Of a DNA stretch of 64,000 bases, positions 27,726-41,257 are shown in pieces (position 1 is the first letter of the stretch; the number at the start of each line of letters is the position of its first letter). Source of the DNA: Octopus sinensis (Eukaryota). The notes under the pieces were generated by a model. The model did not search any database. It saw only the letters and a list, made by a program, of their open reading frames with translations, and was not told where the DNA came from. The stretch spans positions 44,826,001 to 44,890,000 of the forward strand of contig NC_042999.1 in the NCBI RefSeq assembly GCF_006345805.1, given 5' to 3'. Both the position numbers and the translations under genes were made by a program.

Positions 27726-27799
27726 AAACAGCTTATAAATCATTTGAGCTGTTCAAAAATATGTCATAGATCCTGGTATGCACTCAGCCATGTCATTTA

Positions 27800-28310
27800 C
27801 CATAAATCCTCGAGTATAGTCTGCCCTTCAGTACAATACACAGGGGATTTTTAGTGGGCTGTACCGCTGAAAAACCTAAACCTTGTGTATAATACGCACC
27901 CCTTCTCTAACTTGAGTCAAGGAGGTTGATATAACGTCCTTGGTTTGTAAAAATGTATACGGTAACGTCCTTTATTATTATTGTACATATAACATAATGC
28001 AAATGCGTAGCTTTTTGTGCATTTTGTTTGCAGAAAATAAAGAAATAACAGTAATAACATTTAATAAATGTTGCCTACTGCAAGTTATGGATGATTCTTT
28101 TATGACTTCATTGCTTTCAGGCTTAGCTTAAGATATTTTTGCACCCGACATCACAAAATGCGTCTGAATAAACATTGCCGGACAGCAAATAGAGACTCGG
28201 ACATTGCTTAGAAAATAATTTTTATTTTTAACCTCGTATATAGTATGCACTAGGAATTTTGACCTTTAAATTTTGGGAAAAAAGTGTGGATTATACTCGA
28301 ACATCTATGG
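27800..28310. mobile_element. Non-autonomous TA-target DNA transposon (Tc2/pogo-like MITE)
   Basis: ta-ccataaatcctcgagtatagtc ... gattatactcgaacatctatgg-ta. Confidence 0.75.
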
Positions 28311-28339
28311 TACACAAAAACTGAGTGTATGGGAGTGGC

Positions 28340-29760
28340 CACATGGAAAAAATATCACTATTGAATACTACTTTGATATATTTCCTTGGGAGTCATTTTA
28401 CTTTTCACCATATGGATAATATTGCTATTTGTTTGATTCTCACAGTCACTCAGATGAATGGCATATTTTTCAGGATATCCATAATTAGATGAGCACTCTC
28501 TTCCCCATAGTTATTACTGCAATCTGTGAACTTGGGAGATCCTTTTATTCCTTTTGTATTTATATTTCATATCTACCATCCTTTTAGATAAATATTGCTT
28601 CAACAGAAGTGCTCAGTATGAGAGAATTTGGAGTTGCAAAGAGTGAAATACTTTGAATACTTCTTTTCCAACAAAATATGTGGCTTCACAATGCTAAAGC
28701 ATTCTCATATAAACTTATTCTGTCTTGGGAGATAGGTAGTGAACTTTAAGGCCTTTACCTGTTTCATTGTATTCTACATGTAGTATACATTTTTGGAGAA
28801 TAGAATTCCATCTTGACAGTAGTTCTGTTAGACCTAAGAAGCTATCATTGTTTGGATTCCTGTGATGATCCACTCAATGATAAACTACATTCTCCACAAT
28901 GATATCAGGAGAGTTAAATTAGAAAGCAAGGAAGTAAATGCCTCTTGGCAGCTTAAAGCCAAATGGTGGCATGTACATTTTATGAATGTAATATTTGGTT
29001 GCATATTTCTGAATCTTGGAAATACAGAATTATGTTGTCCACTAATGTTGTCCAAACCCAATGCAATTAATTGAATCAATGCTGTTTGTCGTTAAAAATT
29101 TTTCAGCTGTATGATAAAAACTTTTGCAGGTTGTTTGTATAAGAAGTATCCCTAAAAACGATGTTTCCACTCATTGATGCTTATAGGAAAAATACCTACA
29201 TACAAACATATTAGTGTGTGGCACATATCAGTTGATTCATCATTTATGTGCAAGTATTTTGACTTACCAAGTCATCAGCTATCTCCACACATATAGGCAG
29301 AGCAATAGCATTCTTGATTAGACTAAAGATTAGATTAATGAATTGATCTCCTTTTCTGTAACTCATAATACATCAGATTGAGTAATGTAGGAGGATGCTG
29401 TTTATACACTGTATTTAATTTCAAAGTTTTACACTTCTCTGTTATGTAAATATATTTGAAATTAAATTTGAATTTGAATTTGAATTCTTTTTTCACTTCT
29501 GTGTTTCATAAATATGATTGAAATTAGATTTCTATTTTCGCAATGATTAACATTAATTTTACAGATTCTTCATGATCAAGTAGATTGGATCTAAGAATGT
29601 TTATTAGAAAGCATTTGCAACACTTGCATATAGCATTTATTATTCTTCCACGTAAGCCACTTGAATGGACTTTTCCAATCTTTGTTGTACTGACTACCAT
29701 CATTAGTATTCCACTTTCCAATTAAGAGGAGCTGTTAATAAGATTAGATCAACAATAACT
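28340..29760 (-). pseudogene. Highly decayed hAT-superfamily transposase with an N-terminal zinc finger
   Basis: Minus-strand fragments in the expected order: YNKDWKSPFKWL...AICKCCK...SNLLDHEES; INDESTD (~29230); GFG...SGQHNSV...IKCTCHHLAL. Confidence 0.8.
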
Positions 29761-31116
29761 AAAGAGAGATGCTACCGTTAATATGACTAGAGAATTTTTT
29801 CCAATAATTAAAGCATATTATTCACCGAATGCCAATAAGAAGGGCTTTAAAAATTCAAATAAATATAACAAACTCCACAAAATGTCCTTTCTGTCTTTTC
29901 TCCAACTCAATTAGGCCACAAATTAAAGATGGCAGCGTCAATAGTCGAAGTCTTAAAAAAATAAACTAAAAAAATTATTTAAAAAGAAACCGTCACCTAA
30001 ACATGAAAAGAATTTTTGCTTTAATTTAATATAAAAACAAATTCCTCATTTCAGAATAATAGAAAAATTCTTTAATAGATAACAAAATTCATACCGAAAA
30101 TAGTTTACCAAAATTGTGTATTTCGTATATTTTCATAAATAAACTAATCTAACACTATGATTGGTTAGATTAGGAAAGGTCAGATTAGTTTATTTGAAAA
30201 TGTACAAAATATTTATGTTGCAAATAAACTTCTCTTCATGAATGAGCAAAGTTTGTTTTGAACTTACTGGCCCTTTGAGTTATAACTTGTCCCCAGTCTC
30301 CATTGTGCTTAGCCCTTTTAGCAATTCAAACTGGCCATATCAGGGTGCATATTCTATCTGTTTTATATTCAAACAAACTGACCAGATCCAGACTCTCACT
30401 CCTATCCAGCAATGTCATTCTGAAAATAAGCAATCACATCATGAGAATCTCAAAGCTGCCAGATAATACATGCTTAATTCAAAACAAATGTGAATAAACA
30501 AGCATCCCGTTTGACAGAATCCTCCTCAACCTCCTCATCATCATCACCACCACCACCACCACCACCACCACCACCACCACCACCACCATCATCATCACCA
30601 TCATCATCACCACCATCATTTAATGTCTGTTGATGAGTACAATACTTCATTCCTAAACAAGATTCCAGTCCACTGCAAGGTCATCTCCTCCCTAACAGTG
30701 ATACTCAATTTTGAAATAAGTGTTGTTGCTGAAGCAATTTAAAATGAAGCAAAGCAACCTGTTTAAGGACACAACACAAAGCTTGGTCTGAGAATCCAGC
30801 CCACAATGTTAGAATCATGAGTCCAACATACAAATTACTACATCACATACCTTTGCTCTGAAAGAGTATAAAGAAACTAAAAGAACCCCAAAACTTCTTG
30901 ATTAAAAGTTCTGCTTATTGGTTTTCAATGAGTTCTGTACACTAATTGGGTAACATAGAATTTTCTCCAGTTATAGTAATACCAGCGCATGGTTACTGTA
31001 AATCCATGGATGACTTGATTGTTTGCCAAATTCTAACTCCAGATTGAAAATTTGTTCAATCTTACTTTTCAGGCATAATTGAAAGCTTTCATTCCTCAAA
31101 TCACCTTATTTTCCTT

Positions 31117-31147
<31 letters not shown>

Positions 31148-31532
31148 TTCACATGCACATACACAGATTTACATACACTTACATGCACACAGACACTCAC
31201 ACCCATATGTTCACATCCATATGCTCGTGCATGCATGTACACACACACACGTGCGCACATGTGTACACAAACACACACACACCTGCACACTTGCACGTGC
31301 AGACAATATATCTTTTAGCATTTGAATAACTAAAATGAAAATTAAATTAAATGCACCAATTACTATAATGTCTTTGTGACTTAATCAAGGAAGGAACTTT
31401 CCAGGAAAATTTGTGCTTTTCTGTTCTTCATGTGTTCCAGCAATAAGATTGCTTGAATTTTAATTCAAATGCATCTTTCTTTCTATCTTTCTTTTGGAGA
31501 GAAAACAATAATTAATAATTAAATATACTTAA

Positions 31533-31745
31533 GGCGGTGAGCCGGCAGAATTGTTGGAATGCCAGGCAAAATGCTTAGCAACATTTCATGTCTTTGTGTC
31601 CTGATTTCAAATTCTGTTGAGGTTGTTGTTATCTTTCACCTTTTCATGGCCACTAAAATAAATATCAGATGAGCAGTGCTGTCAGTGTAATTGAGTTACT
31701 CCCTCCTCCAAAATTGCTGGTATTGTGCCAAAATTTGAAACTAAT
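31533..31745 (+). mobile_element. SINE family B
   Basis: ggcggtgagccggcagaa head; flanked by repeated aatatacttaa. Confidence 0.75.
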
Positions 31746-31791
31746 ATTGAATATACTTAATGAGCCTAAATTATAAATGTTTTAACCGTTT

Positions 31792-32211
31792 CATAGGAGT
31801 GGCTGTGTGGTAAGTAGCTTGCTTATCAACCACATGGTTCTGGGTTCAGTCCCACTGCATGGCACTTTGGGCAAGTGTCTTCTACTATAGCCTCGGGCCG
31901 ACCAAAGCCTTGCGAGTGGATTTGGTAGATGTAAACTGAAAGAAGCGTGTCGTATATATGTATATATATGTGTGTGTGTGTGTGTGTGTATAGGTTTGTA
32001 TGTCTGTGCTTGTCCCCCTTAACATCGCTTGACAATGATGCTGGTGTGTTTACGTCCCCGTAACTAAGCAGTTTGGCAAAAAGATACTGATAGACTAAGT
32101 ACTAGGCTTACAAAGAATAAGTCCTGGGGTCACTTTGGTCAACTAAAGGCGGTGTCCAGCATGGATGCAGTCAAATGACTGAAACAAGTAAAAGAGTAAA
32201 AGAGTAAAGAG
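31792..32211 (+). mobile_element. SINE family A, full length, 50-bp target-site duplication
   Basis: 31742-31791 repeated at 32212-32261 (1 mismatch). Confidence 0.92.
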
Positions 32212-32255
32212 TAATATTGAATATACTTAATGAGCCTAAATTATAAATATTTTAA

Positions 32256-32477
32256 CCGTTTTGTTACCACTTCTATTTTACGATGCTCTGTGTTTCTTTC
32301 AATTAATTTTAAATATAACAAAGAATTTAGTAAAATAACTTAGTTATCATTAAGCTGGCATTAGGAACATAAATTGGGACTAAGGTTTGGTGGAAGATTT
32401 AATTTCAAAACTTACGAAAACAAGACATTTGTACTACAGAGCTAGAGGCGGTTTCAGCCAGGTTGGTATCAAAAGGG
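32256..32477. mobile_element. piggyBac-like MITE
   Basis: TTAA-ccgttttgttacca ... tggtatcaaaaggg-TTAA. Confidence 0.75.
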
Positions 32478-32979
32478 TTAAAGGAAAGTTTATATATAAA
32501 GCTTTTAGTTTCAAAAATATTAATCTGAATGTATGTAGGTTTTGCCTTAAATCAAATATAATTTGGACAATTTTGGTCAACAGACAGATTTAAATTTAAA
32601 CCAGACATACAAAGCTAAAAACGGACACAATGTCTGAAAGTGGACATACATTGTAACTTTGTTCATGGGTATTATCACTCATTCTTAATTTCATGATAAA
32701 AACAGGCTGGTTTTGGTAAAAAGTCATGAATATTCCCGAAGAAGTGTATGCGTTCAAACCTCTGTAAACTGTCACAAAGAAAAGAGGCTGAAAGGTATTT
32801 TAGGGATGAGGCTATCAAATGTTCATGCTCTCTCCTCCTTGGCTCCCTGGGCTGTAGATTCATGTACTAGTAACCCTACCCCAACAGCTTTTATAGGCTT
32901 TGTCAACAACATCGATGGGAATAGTAACCTCTCTTAAGTCCATTGATAGATGCCTGGCATTCTTTCTAGAAGGATATAT

Positions 32980-33240
32980 CTGTGATATACACAAATAGGA
33001 GATGCACCAAATACCTGATAAATAAACCAGAAGTGGATGCCTTCAAACCTCCCCTTTGTGAAAGAAAACTGTTGATAGTGTTATATCAGAGTGAAAGATA
33101 TTGCTTACATCAATAACAGCTGTCCAAAAATGTCCCATGAGACATGACATTCTTGCTAAAACTATTTACAATTCTATAAGTATGGAGGATTGTTCTGACA
33201 ATCAAACCAAAAAGAACACCAGAAGCATTCCAATAACAAC
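32980..33240 (+). mobile_element. Relic of an RLE-type non-LTR retrotransposon (R4/Dong-like), zinc-knuckle/RHD region
   Basis: Frameshifted TKYLINK...SCPKMS...MRHDILAKTIYNSI. Confidence 0.6.
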
Positions 33241-33442
33241 ATCAATCCATATGCATGTGCTTATGTGTGTGTATGTGTGTGTGTGTATACATACACACAC
33301 ATGCATGCATTCAAAAATATATACACACACATAAACATATATACACACATAAATACATATGTATATATATCTATGAATGTGTGTGTATGCATATATATAT
33401 GAGTGTGTGTGTATATATAATATATCTAGGAATGTGTATGTA

Positions 33443-33514
<72 letters not shown>

Positions 33515-33973
33515 ACATATATATGTACATATATATGAGTGTGTGTGTGTATATATATATATCAGCTCTCCCTTGAAATGCATTGAATATATTTTTTCAA
33601 GCACTTTGGCTCTTTGACTAAAGATGTCTGTATTAAACATACATAAACACACATACAACATATATACAGTTAAAAAGTTGTTTTTTATAATTATTAAATA
33701 TAAAACTATTAAAGCTATGAGCATTAACTGGAAAAAAGGACTTCCTAAAAATGTAGTGTAAGATGTTATTAATAATTTTACTGCCAGTAAGTTGTCAATA
33801 AAATTATTAATAATAGCCACTATTAATAGCATTATATATGTATATATATATATATAATGAAGGGTGAAATTAATTAATTTGGAATAATTATCAAAGCTCG
33901 CTCTGATACTGAGTTGAGTTAGTGCCTTCTAGTATCTCAAAATTCAATATATAATCATTTATGATTATAGTAT

Positions 33974-34073
33974 TCTACGCTGAAGAGAAAAGAAGTTTTG
34001 GTAAGGTAGAATTATTTAATATTTAATTCTTATGCTTTCCTAAAAACTTGATTTCGAAACGTGCGTCCGTAGA
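33974..34073 (+). ncRNA. Type-I hammerhead ribozyme motif, intact core, 69-nt stem II region, in a (TA)n-flanked cassette (~33857-34260)
   Basis: tctacg-CTGAAGA-gaaa...tttc-GAAA-cgtgcg-TC-cgtaga; predicted cleavage after C34067. Confidence 0.9.
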
Positions 34074-34582
34074 TAACTTAAAATTGTATGATAGATTGCC
34101 GTCAATTCATTCTCTCTTACCTGTTTGTGTCTGCCTTTCAATTGTTGTTTTTACTGAGATCTCCCTTTTTAGTAGAAGAAATAGCTATAACTCTTTGACT
34201 GCTATTTCTAAATTCGGTATGTGGCAAGGCAATTCGTTGCTAAACCCTTTATTGCTTAGTATATATATATATATATAAACATTACTGATGTCATAGTGAA
34301 TGTATTTGTTTTGTTCATGTGCTTATGAGCTGCAGGATAGTGCTAGGAGAAATGTCCCTTTAAGACTTTGGGTGTTAAAAAATACTGAATACCCCAAACG
34401 AAGGAGAATGATGGATGGAATGAGCAAGTTTTAAAAGTTTTTTTGATACATCAATTTACAATTGTTTCATCTAAATTTTATCTCATGAACACCAGGTTTT
34501 ATATTCAAATTACATATGTGTATATGTATGTATATATATATATTACAAACACACACACATATATATGTATGTATATATAGGT

Positions 34583-34972
34583 GTAGGAGTGGCTGTGTGG
34601 TAAGTAGTTTGCTTACGAACTACATGGTTCCGGGTTCAGTCCCACTATATGGCACCTTGAGCAAGTGTCTTCTACAATAGCCTCAGGTCAACCAAAGCCT
34701 TGTGAGTGGATTTGGAAGACAGAAACTGAAAGAAGCCTGTTGTATATATGTATATGCATATATAAGTTTGTGTGTCTGTGTTTGTCCCCCAACATCGCTT
34801 GACAACAAATGGTGGTATGTTTACGTCTCCTTAACTTAGCGGTTCAGCAAAAGAGACCAATAGAATAAATACTAGGCTTACAAGGAATAAGTCCTGGGGT
34901 CGATGTGCTCGACTAATGGCGGTGCTCCAGCATGGCCACAGTCAAATGACTGAAACAAATAAAAGAGAAAGA
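34583..34972 (+). mobile_element. SINE family A, full length
   Basis: As 27330. Confidence 0.9.
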
Positions 34973-35041
34973 GTATACATACATACATATAGATATATAT
35001 TTATATATACACACTCATACACACATGCACACACACACACA

Positions 35042-35073
<32 letters not shown>

Positions 35074-35171
35074 TACACACATATATATATAATTAAAAAA
35101 TGGAGAAACAGACAACAAGAAAAACAACATGTAAAATATTAATAATATGCCCAGAGAAGGAAAAAAGGGGT

Positions 35172-35208
35172 TGTTTTATGTTTTAAGCATAGCTCTTCTT
35201 CAGAAACA
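35172..35208 (-). ncRNA. CpG-decayed ultra-minimal hammerhead
   Basis: Minus strand: tgttt-CTGAAGA-a-gagc tat gctt-AAAA-ca-TA-aaaca; same layout as 48709-48744. Confidence 0.65.
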
Positions 35209-36484
35209 GGAAACAAGAAAGTCCAAAGGAAAAGGGAGAAGGAGGAAAGAAATTGGCAACAGTTCACACGTAGTTACACACATATATACATACGTGTGTG
35301 TATGAATATATTTAGTGTATGTATGAATATATATTTAGTAACCATGCACTAGTATTACAGATTGCTTGAAGCTAATTTTTTTCCTACATCCCCGATCCTT
35401 GGATCTTACTTTTATATATATAAGACTGGCTTTCTTCACTCACAAGGTTTTGGTTAGCCTGAGGATGTAGTAGAAGACACTTGCCCAAGGTGCTATGTAG
35501 TAGAACTGAACCTGGAGCCATGTGGTTGGGAAGCAAGCTTCTTACCACTCAGCCATGCCTTTGCACATACTTAAATGTATATTGGTTGTTAATGTTACAC
35601 TGGCCTGAAATGCAATAAAGCAAAAGAATATATTCAATACTGAAATAATATTAATTAAAAAATGAGTCCGAGTGAATTACTACTCAGAGTTTCTTGTACT
35701 TGATTGTCAGGCAATAGATCTTTTGGTAAATGAAGCTTTCTTATATATTCATTAACTGGATCTGTTTGGACCATGCTGAAAACAACTGAGCAAGGGTGAT
35801 TAGTTCAACATAATGGCATGTGACAGCATGCAAATAAACATAAAATTTTATAAAACTTACTCTAAAAAATATGTAACAATTTATGAGAATGTTAGTAGAA
35901 TGGCATCTGTAACTATTGTGAATATCTATTGAAAAGTTCTCTATGGGGTATTCTATTAAGAAGCCTGTTATGAACTTAGGAAGACAGACATATCAACATA
36001 TGAATATAGACCTCTGTACAAGTTAGTGGTTTGAATATGGGGAAGTTTATAGAATTTGGGATAAGGTAAATTAAATTCTGTGTGTGATTACGTTTTCATT
36101 CATGATATAAATAACATATTTCATGCCGCGAATATGGCTTCAGGCAGAAGGTTTCTGGAGTAATTCAGGTCAAGTATAAAGTCTTTCAACGTCTATATTG
36201 TGCGAGGGTTTTAACATTGTGTTGGTGTGTACTTTGTGATGCACATACAATCACATACAAATACATATGCATATATAAATGTAGTCACACACATACAAAC
36301 GCATGTACATGTATGTGCACATACACTGACTCATACATACACACAAGATTAGCCTGTTGACCCTTTTGATATTCCAATGAAAGAACCTTGTTTGTAGGCT
36401 AGAAACCGAGTCTTTCTTCTTGGGAGAAAAATTCGGAAAATAAAACTAGGAATGTGTGTGTGTGTGCGTGCATGTGTGTGCGTG

Positions 36485-36542
<58 letters not shown>

Positions 36543-36659
36543 TATACATACACACACATACGCATGCACACACACACTTGTGACCTCTTACATTGACCAA
36601 CTATTCATCTCTTATTACCCTCATTCCATTTGTGCTATTTCACCTATGTATATACCTTT

Positions 36660-37415
36660 TTACTCTTTTACTCTTTTACTTGTTTCAGTCATTTGATTGC
36701 GGCCATGCTGGACCACCACCTTTAGTCGAGCAAATTGACCCCAGGACTCATTCTTTGCAAACCTAGTACTTATTCTATTGGTCTATTTTGCCGAACCGCT
36801 AAATTACGTGGACGTAAACACACCAGCATCGGTTGTCAAGCGATGTTGGGGGGACAAACACAGACACACAAACGTATACACACACATACATATATAATAT
36901 ATATATACATATATACGATGGGCTTCTTTCAGTTTCCGTCTACCAAATCCACTCACAAGGCTTTGGTCGGCCCGAGGCTATAGTAGAAGACACTTGCTCA
37001 GGGTGCCACACAGTGGGACTGAACACAGAACCATGTGGCTGGTAAGCAAGCTACTTACCACACAGCTACTCCTGTGCCTATAATATACGTGTACATATTA
37101 TTTAGATAGCCATGTGTTTATCATTACCTCTTTTTAATGGCAGCTGCTTTTTTGGGAGAAAGCTTTGTGTGGGTGCACCTCTGTTGTATTGGTTGTAATA
37201 TGCGGTATCTCTGTATGAATTCTATGACAGAACTTTTCTGTAGATATTCACCATAGGCATAGGAATGGCTGTGTGTGCAGAAGTAGCTTGCTTAACAACT
37301 ATATTGTTGCAGGTTCAGTCCCACTGTGTGGCACCTTGGGCTAGTGTATTCTACTATAGCCTTGGGCTGACCAAAGCCTTGTGAGTGGATTTGGTAGATG
37401 GAAGCTAAAAGAAGC

Positions 37416-37484
<69 letters not shown>

Positions 37485-37680
37485 ATATGTTTGTGTGAGT
37501 GTGTTTTGTCCCCCCACCATCACTTGACAACCGATGTTGGTGTGTTTACATCCCTGTAACTTAACAGTTCGGCAAAAGAGACTGATAGAATAAGTCTTGG
37601 GGTCGATTTGTTCGACTGAAGACAATGCTCCAGCATGGCTGCAGTCAAATGACTGTTACAAGTAAAAGAATAAAAGAATA
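36660..37680. mobile_element. Two divergently oriented SINE A copies (36660-37080 -, 37257-37680 +)
   Basis: Family similarity. Confidence 0.88.
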
Positions 37681-37689
37681 GTGAACCCA

Positions 37690-38510
37690 TATAGCTTAGT
37701 GGTTAGAGTGTTTGTCTCATGATTGTAAGGTTGTGGGTTTGATTCCTGGCAATGGGTTGTCTCCTTGAGCAAGATACCTTATTTCATATTGCTCCAGTCC
37801 ACTCAGCTGGCAAAAGTGAGTAGTACCTGAAATTCAAAGGGCCAGTCTTGTCACATTGAGTCTCCCTGAGAACTACATTAACCCTTTAGTATTCAGATTG
37901 CTCTGTCAAATGTATTGTTTATTTATTCCCATTGCTTTGAATTTTATTTTTCAAGCCTAGCCAGGTTCATGGGCCCGGTTTCCCGGTTTCTATGGCGTAT
38001 GTGCCCCCCCCCCAGCTGGACGGGACGCCAGTCCATCGCAGCATTACTCAAGAAACAGGAAGAAAGAGTGAGAAAAAGTTGGGGTGAAAGAGTACAAAAG
38101 GGGTCCCCACCCCACCCTGCCAGAGCCTCGTGGAGCTTTAGGTGTTTTCACTCAATAAACACACACAATGCCCGGTCTGGGAATTGAAACCGCGATCCTC
38201 CGACCATGAGTTCACTGCCCTAACCACTGGGCCATTGCGCCTCCATTGCTTTGAATTAATCATACATAATTTTGTAGCTCCAGGATTTCAATGGTGTGTT
38301 TCTCTGTGTTGAGAATGGCATTGTCGGGTAGGTGTGAGAGGTTGGAGCTAGTCAGCTTCAACATAAAACAGGTAGAATATTTGGGCTATGTATGGCCAGA
38401 TTAAATGCTAAAGGGTAAAAGCTGCCTGTGTCTGTGGAGTACTCAATCACATGCATGTTAATTTCATTAGCAGGCTATTTTACTGATCAGATCAACTGAA
38501 ACCCTCATGC
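37690..38510. mobile_element. Three-level nest: SINE C (+) > piggyBac-like MITE (37882-38415) > tRNA-SINE (~37950-38243, -)
   Basis: ttaa-ccctttagtatt ... aatgctaaaggg-taaa; inner TSD ccattgctttgaatt; outer SINE resumes at ~38420. Confidence 0.8.
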
Positions 38511-38711
38511 TAGTTATAATGGTGACATGATGGCAGTGTCCTCTGGTTAATGAGTCATATCCCCTATTGTTGGAACTCCACAGATATAAAGAGATTTGTG
38601 TTCTTCTGAGTCATACTAGTTCACTGCATGTCAGCACAGATTCATAGCCAACTAAATTTTACCCCAGTGCTTTGCTACTACTGTTTTATTGACAGTATAG
38701 ATGAAGAAATA

Positions 38712-39318
38712 CAGTGGGCGGAAATAAATATTCTTCACTTCATTTTTCTTAAAGATATAGGGAAATTTTGCATGGTGCTCTGGATCTTATTCTGTTTTCA
38801 ACAGTTCCCAATTTTTTATATCTTTGAATAAACGAAGATATGGTAGAAAATGGAATACAAAGGGTCTCTGATATTTTCCTGTAACTTTTACCTGCTTTCC
38901 ACTGTTCAATAATTAAGTTTTTCATTGTATTTGTGAGTTCTTTACTTTTCACCATCATTATTATACTACTTTATGTTGTGTCAGTGCTGAATGAAGAAGC
39001 TAGCGTTTTGACACTTAAAAATGACAACTGATAAGATTATTGGAACAAATGAGAAAGTTCTACCAAAAAAAAAATATTTTAACAGTATTTTGTGGCATGG
39101 AAAATTATAAATTTATTCTGTACGAATACTTTTTTCACCCCTAAATATTTATGATTGTATATAAATTCCTTAGTTACTATAATTTATTAGTTTCTTTTGC
39201 ATATTATTAGTTTATGCATGTGCATGCAAATATAGTATTAGTATATCTCATTTATGTTTATTAGAAATTAAATAAATAAAGAATTTTGACATGTACGAAT
39301 ATTTATTTCCCCCCACTG
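38712..39318 (-). mobile_element. Internally deleted Tc1 element with both TIRs and the transposase N-terminus
   Basis: TA-cagtgggcggaaataaatattc ... gaatatttatttccccccactg-TA; ORF 38749-38958 MVKSKEL...GKSYRKIS...STISSFIQRYKKLGTVENR. Confidence 0.88.
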
Positions 39319-39677
39319 TATATTGGTCTTAGTCAGATTTGAACTCAGAATGTAAAGATCCCACAGTAAATACTACAAACTTTCTGTCTTACATTCCAAT
39401 GATTCTGCCCAGCCATAGCTTCACACATGTGCATACACACACACACAAACATGCACGCATGCACACACACATGTACACACACACTCACATATGTGCACAT
39501 GTGCATGCCACACCATAGATATATATATGCTTGCATGCATATGATTGTAACGATACGTATGTAAGCATTTACATAGAGATGCATACATACATGCATGGGC
39601 GTACTGACATCCTTACATGGACATATAAATAAGATACATATACTCATCTGAACACACCCACACAGACGCAAACATAT

Positions 39678-39679
<2 letters not shown>

Positions 39680-39721
<42 letters not shown>

Positions 39722-39858
39722 TATATATATGCATATCATACATATATATACATACAGACATACACACATATACATGCATACATACATGCATACATATATA
39801 TATAGTGAATAATAAACAAATAACAACCAATGGATGGTGGTTCACATATATATTTATG

Positions 39859-39918
<60 letters not shown>

Positions 39919-39994
39919 ATATGTATGCATGTATGTATATGTATGTATGTATCTATCTATCTATCTATATATATATATATGTATATATATCTAT

Positions 39995-40056
<62 letters not shown>

Positions 40057-40165
40057 ATATATATATCATCATCATACATATATATATATTATATATATAT
40101 ATATAATATATATATATATATTATATATATATGCTCACACACACACTCTCACACACATGCACACA
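39680..40165. repeat. Large (TA)n/(TACA)n microsatellite
   Basis: Direct inspection; similar tracts at 7786-7900, 18100-18400, 44820-45033, 45480-45730, 50678-51030. Confidence 0.95.
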
Positions 40166-40489
40166 CAAACAGTCTCTTTCGAATAGAATTTTATTTTTAG
40201 TTATACATATTCAAACGTGCCTCTATGGTCTCAAGCTATCAGATGTGTGCACATAAGCATTAATGCAAATGCACATGAACATATGCAAATGCATTTTTAT
40301 GCACAGAAATATGCATGAACACTGGTGTGTATGCACAAATGCACACCAGTGCATGAGTAACAAGTATACAAATAAACAAATATACAAAACAATGAAACTG
40401 CAGAATGGGGCGACCCAAATATATTTGGATGATCACAAATTGTGTGCACCAATTACATTGGTGTATGGTTATGAATTAAAAAATACACA

Positions 40490-40716
40490 CACATGGGTTC
40501 TGGTGCCACGTAAAAAGCACTGGTGATGGTGCCATATAAAAAGCACCCAGTACACCCTGTAAAGTGTTTAGCATTAGGAAGGGCATCCAGCTGTAGAAAC
40601 CAGGCCAAAACAGACTATAGAACCTGATGTGGCCCCGGGCCTTGCCAGCTCCAGTCAAGCTGTCCAACCCATGCCTACATGGAAAACAGACATTAAATGA
40701 TAATAATGATGATGAT
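40490..40716 (+). mobile_element. RTE-type 3' UTR fragment
   Basis: gcattaggaagggcatccagctgtagaaac...(gat)n. Confidence 0.75.
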
Positions 40717-40802
40717 ACTGAGCGGTAAGAAGTTTGCTTACCAACCACACTGTTCCAGGTTCAATCCCACTGTGTCACTTTAGGCAAGTGTCTTCTAGTA
40801 TA

Positions 40803-41177
40803 TTGGATGATTCAAAAGTCGCCATACATAGGAACAATTTTTCTTTTTATACGAAGCAGTTTATAAGAACAGTTTTTAAAAATTTATTTAACAGGCTCTA
40901 TATGGTTACCATTGTTTTGAATACACATTGCAATATGTTTACCCCACTCATTGTGAACTTGTAATTGCACATCTGATGATACATGTGCAAATGAGTTGGT
41001 GATGCATTCCTTCAAATGATTTTTGCCTTTTATCTTTCCGCAATACACCATGCCTTTCAAATGCCCCCAAAGATAGAAATCAAGAGGGGTCAGATCAGGG
41101 AATCTAGGGGATCCTACAAACTGTTTCTTATAAGAAAATAAATTTTTCCTATGTATGGAGACTTTTGAATCACCCTG
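40803..41177 (-). mobile_element. Deleted Tc1/mariner-superfamily element inserted at a TA within a SINE A
   Basis: TIR gatgattcaaaagtcgccatacatagg / cctatgtatggagacttttgaatcaccctg; minus-strand PDLTPLDFYLWGHLK. Confidence 0.85.
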
Positions 41178-41257
41178 TAGTCCTTGGCCTACTAAAGTCT
41201 TGCGAGTGGATTTAGTATGTGTATGTAAATTGAAAGTAGTCTGTTGAATGCATACAC

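Noticed and set aside
29524-29870. Possible NUMT or host exon
   Set aside because: Better explained as the hAT transposase zinc-finger relic
34450-34475. GAAACAATTGTA on the minus strand (hammerhead 3' half)
   Set aside because: No matching CUGANGA or stem I; truncated by a microsatellite
36365-36420. Hammerhead-like aacct...aggct-a-GAAA-ccg (related piece at 55675-55725)
   Set aside because: Core and stem I not recoverable in these copies
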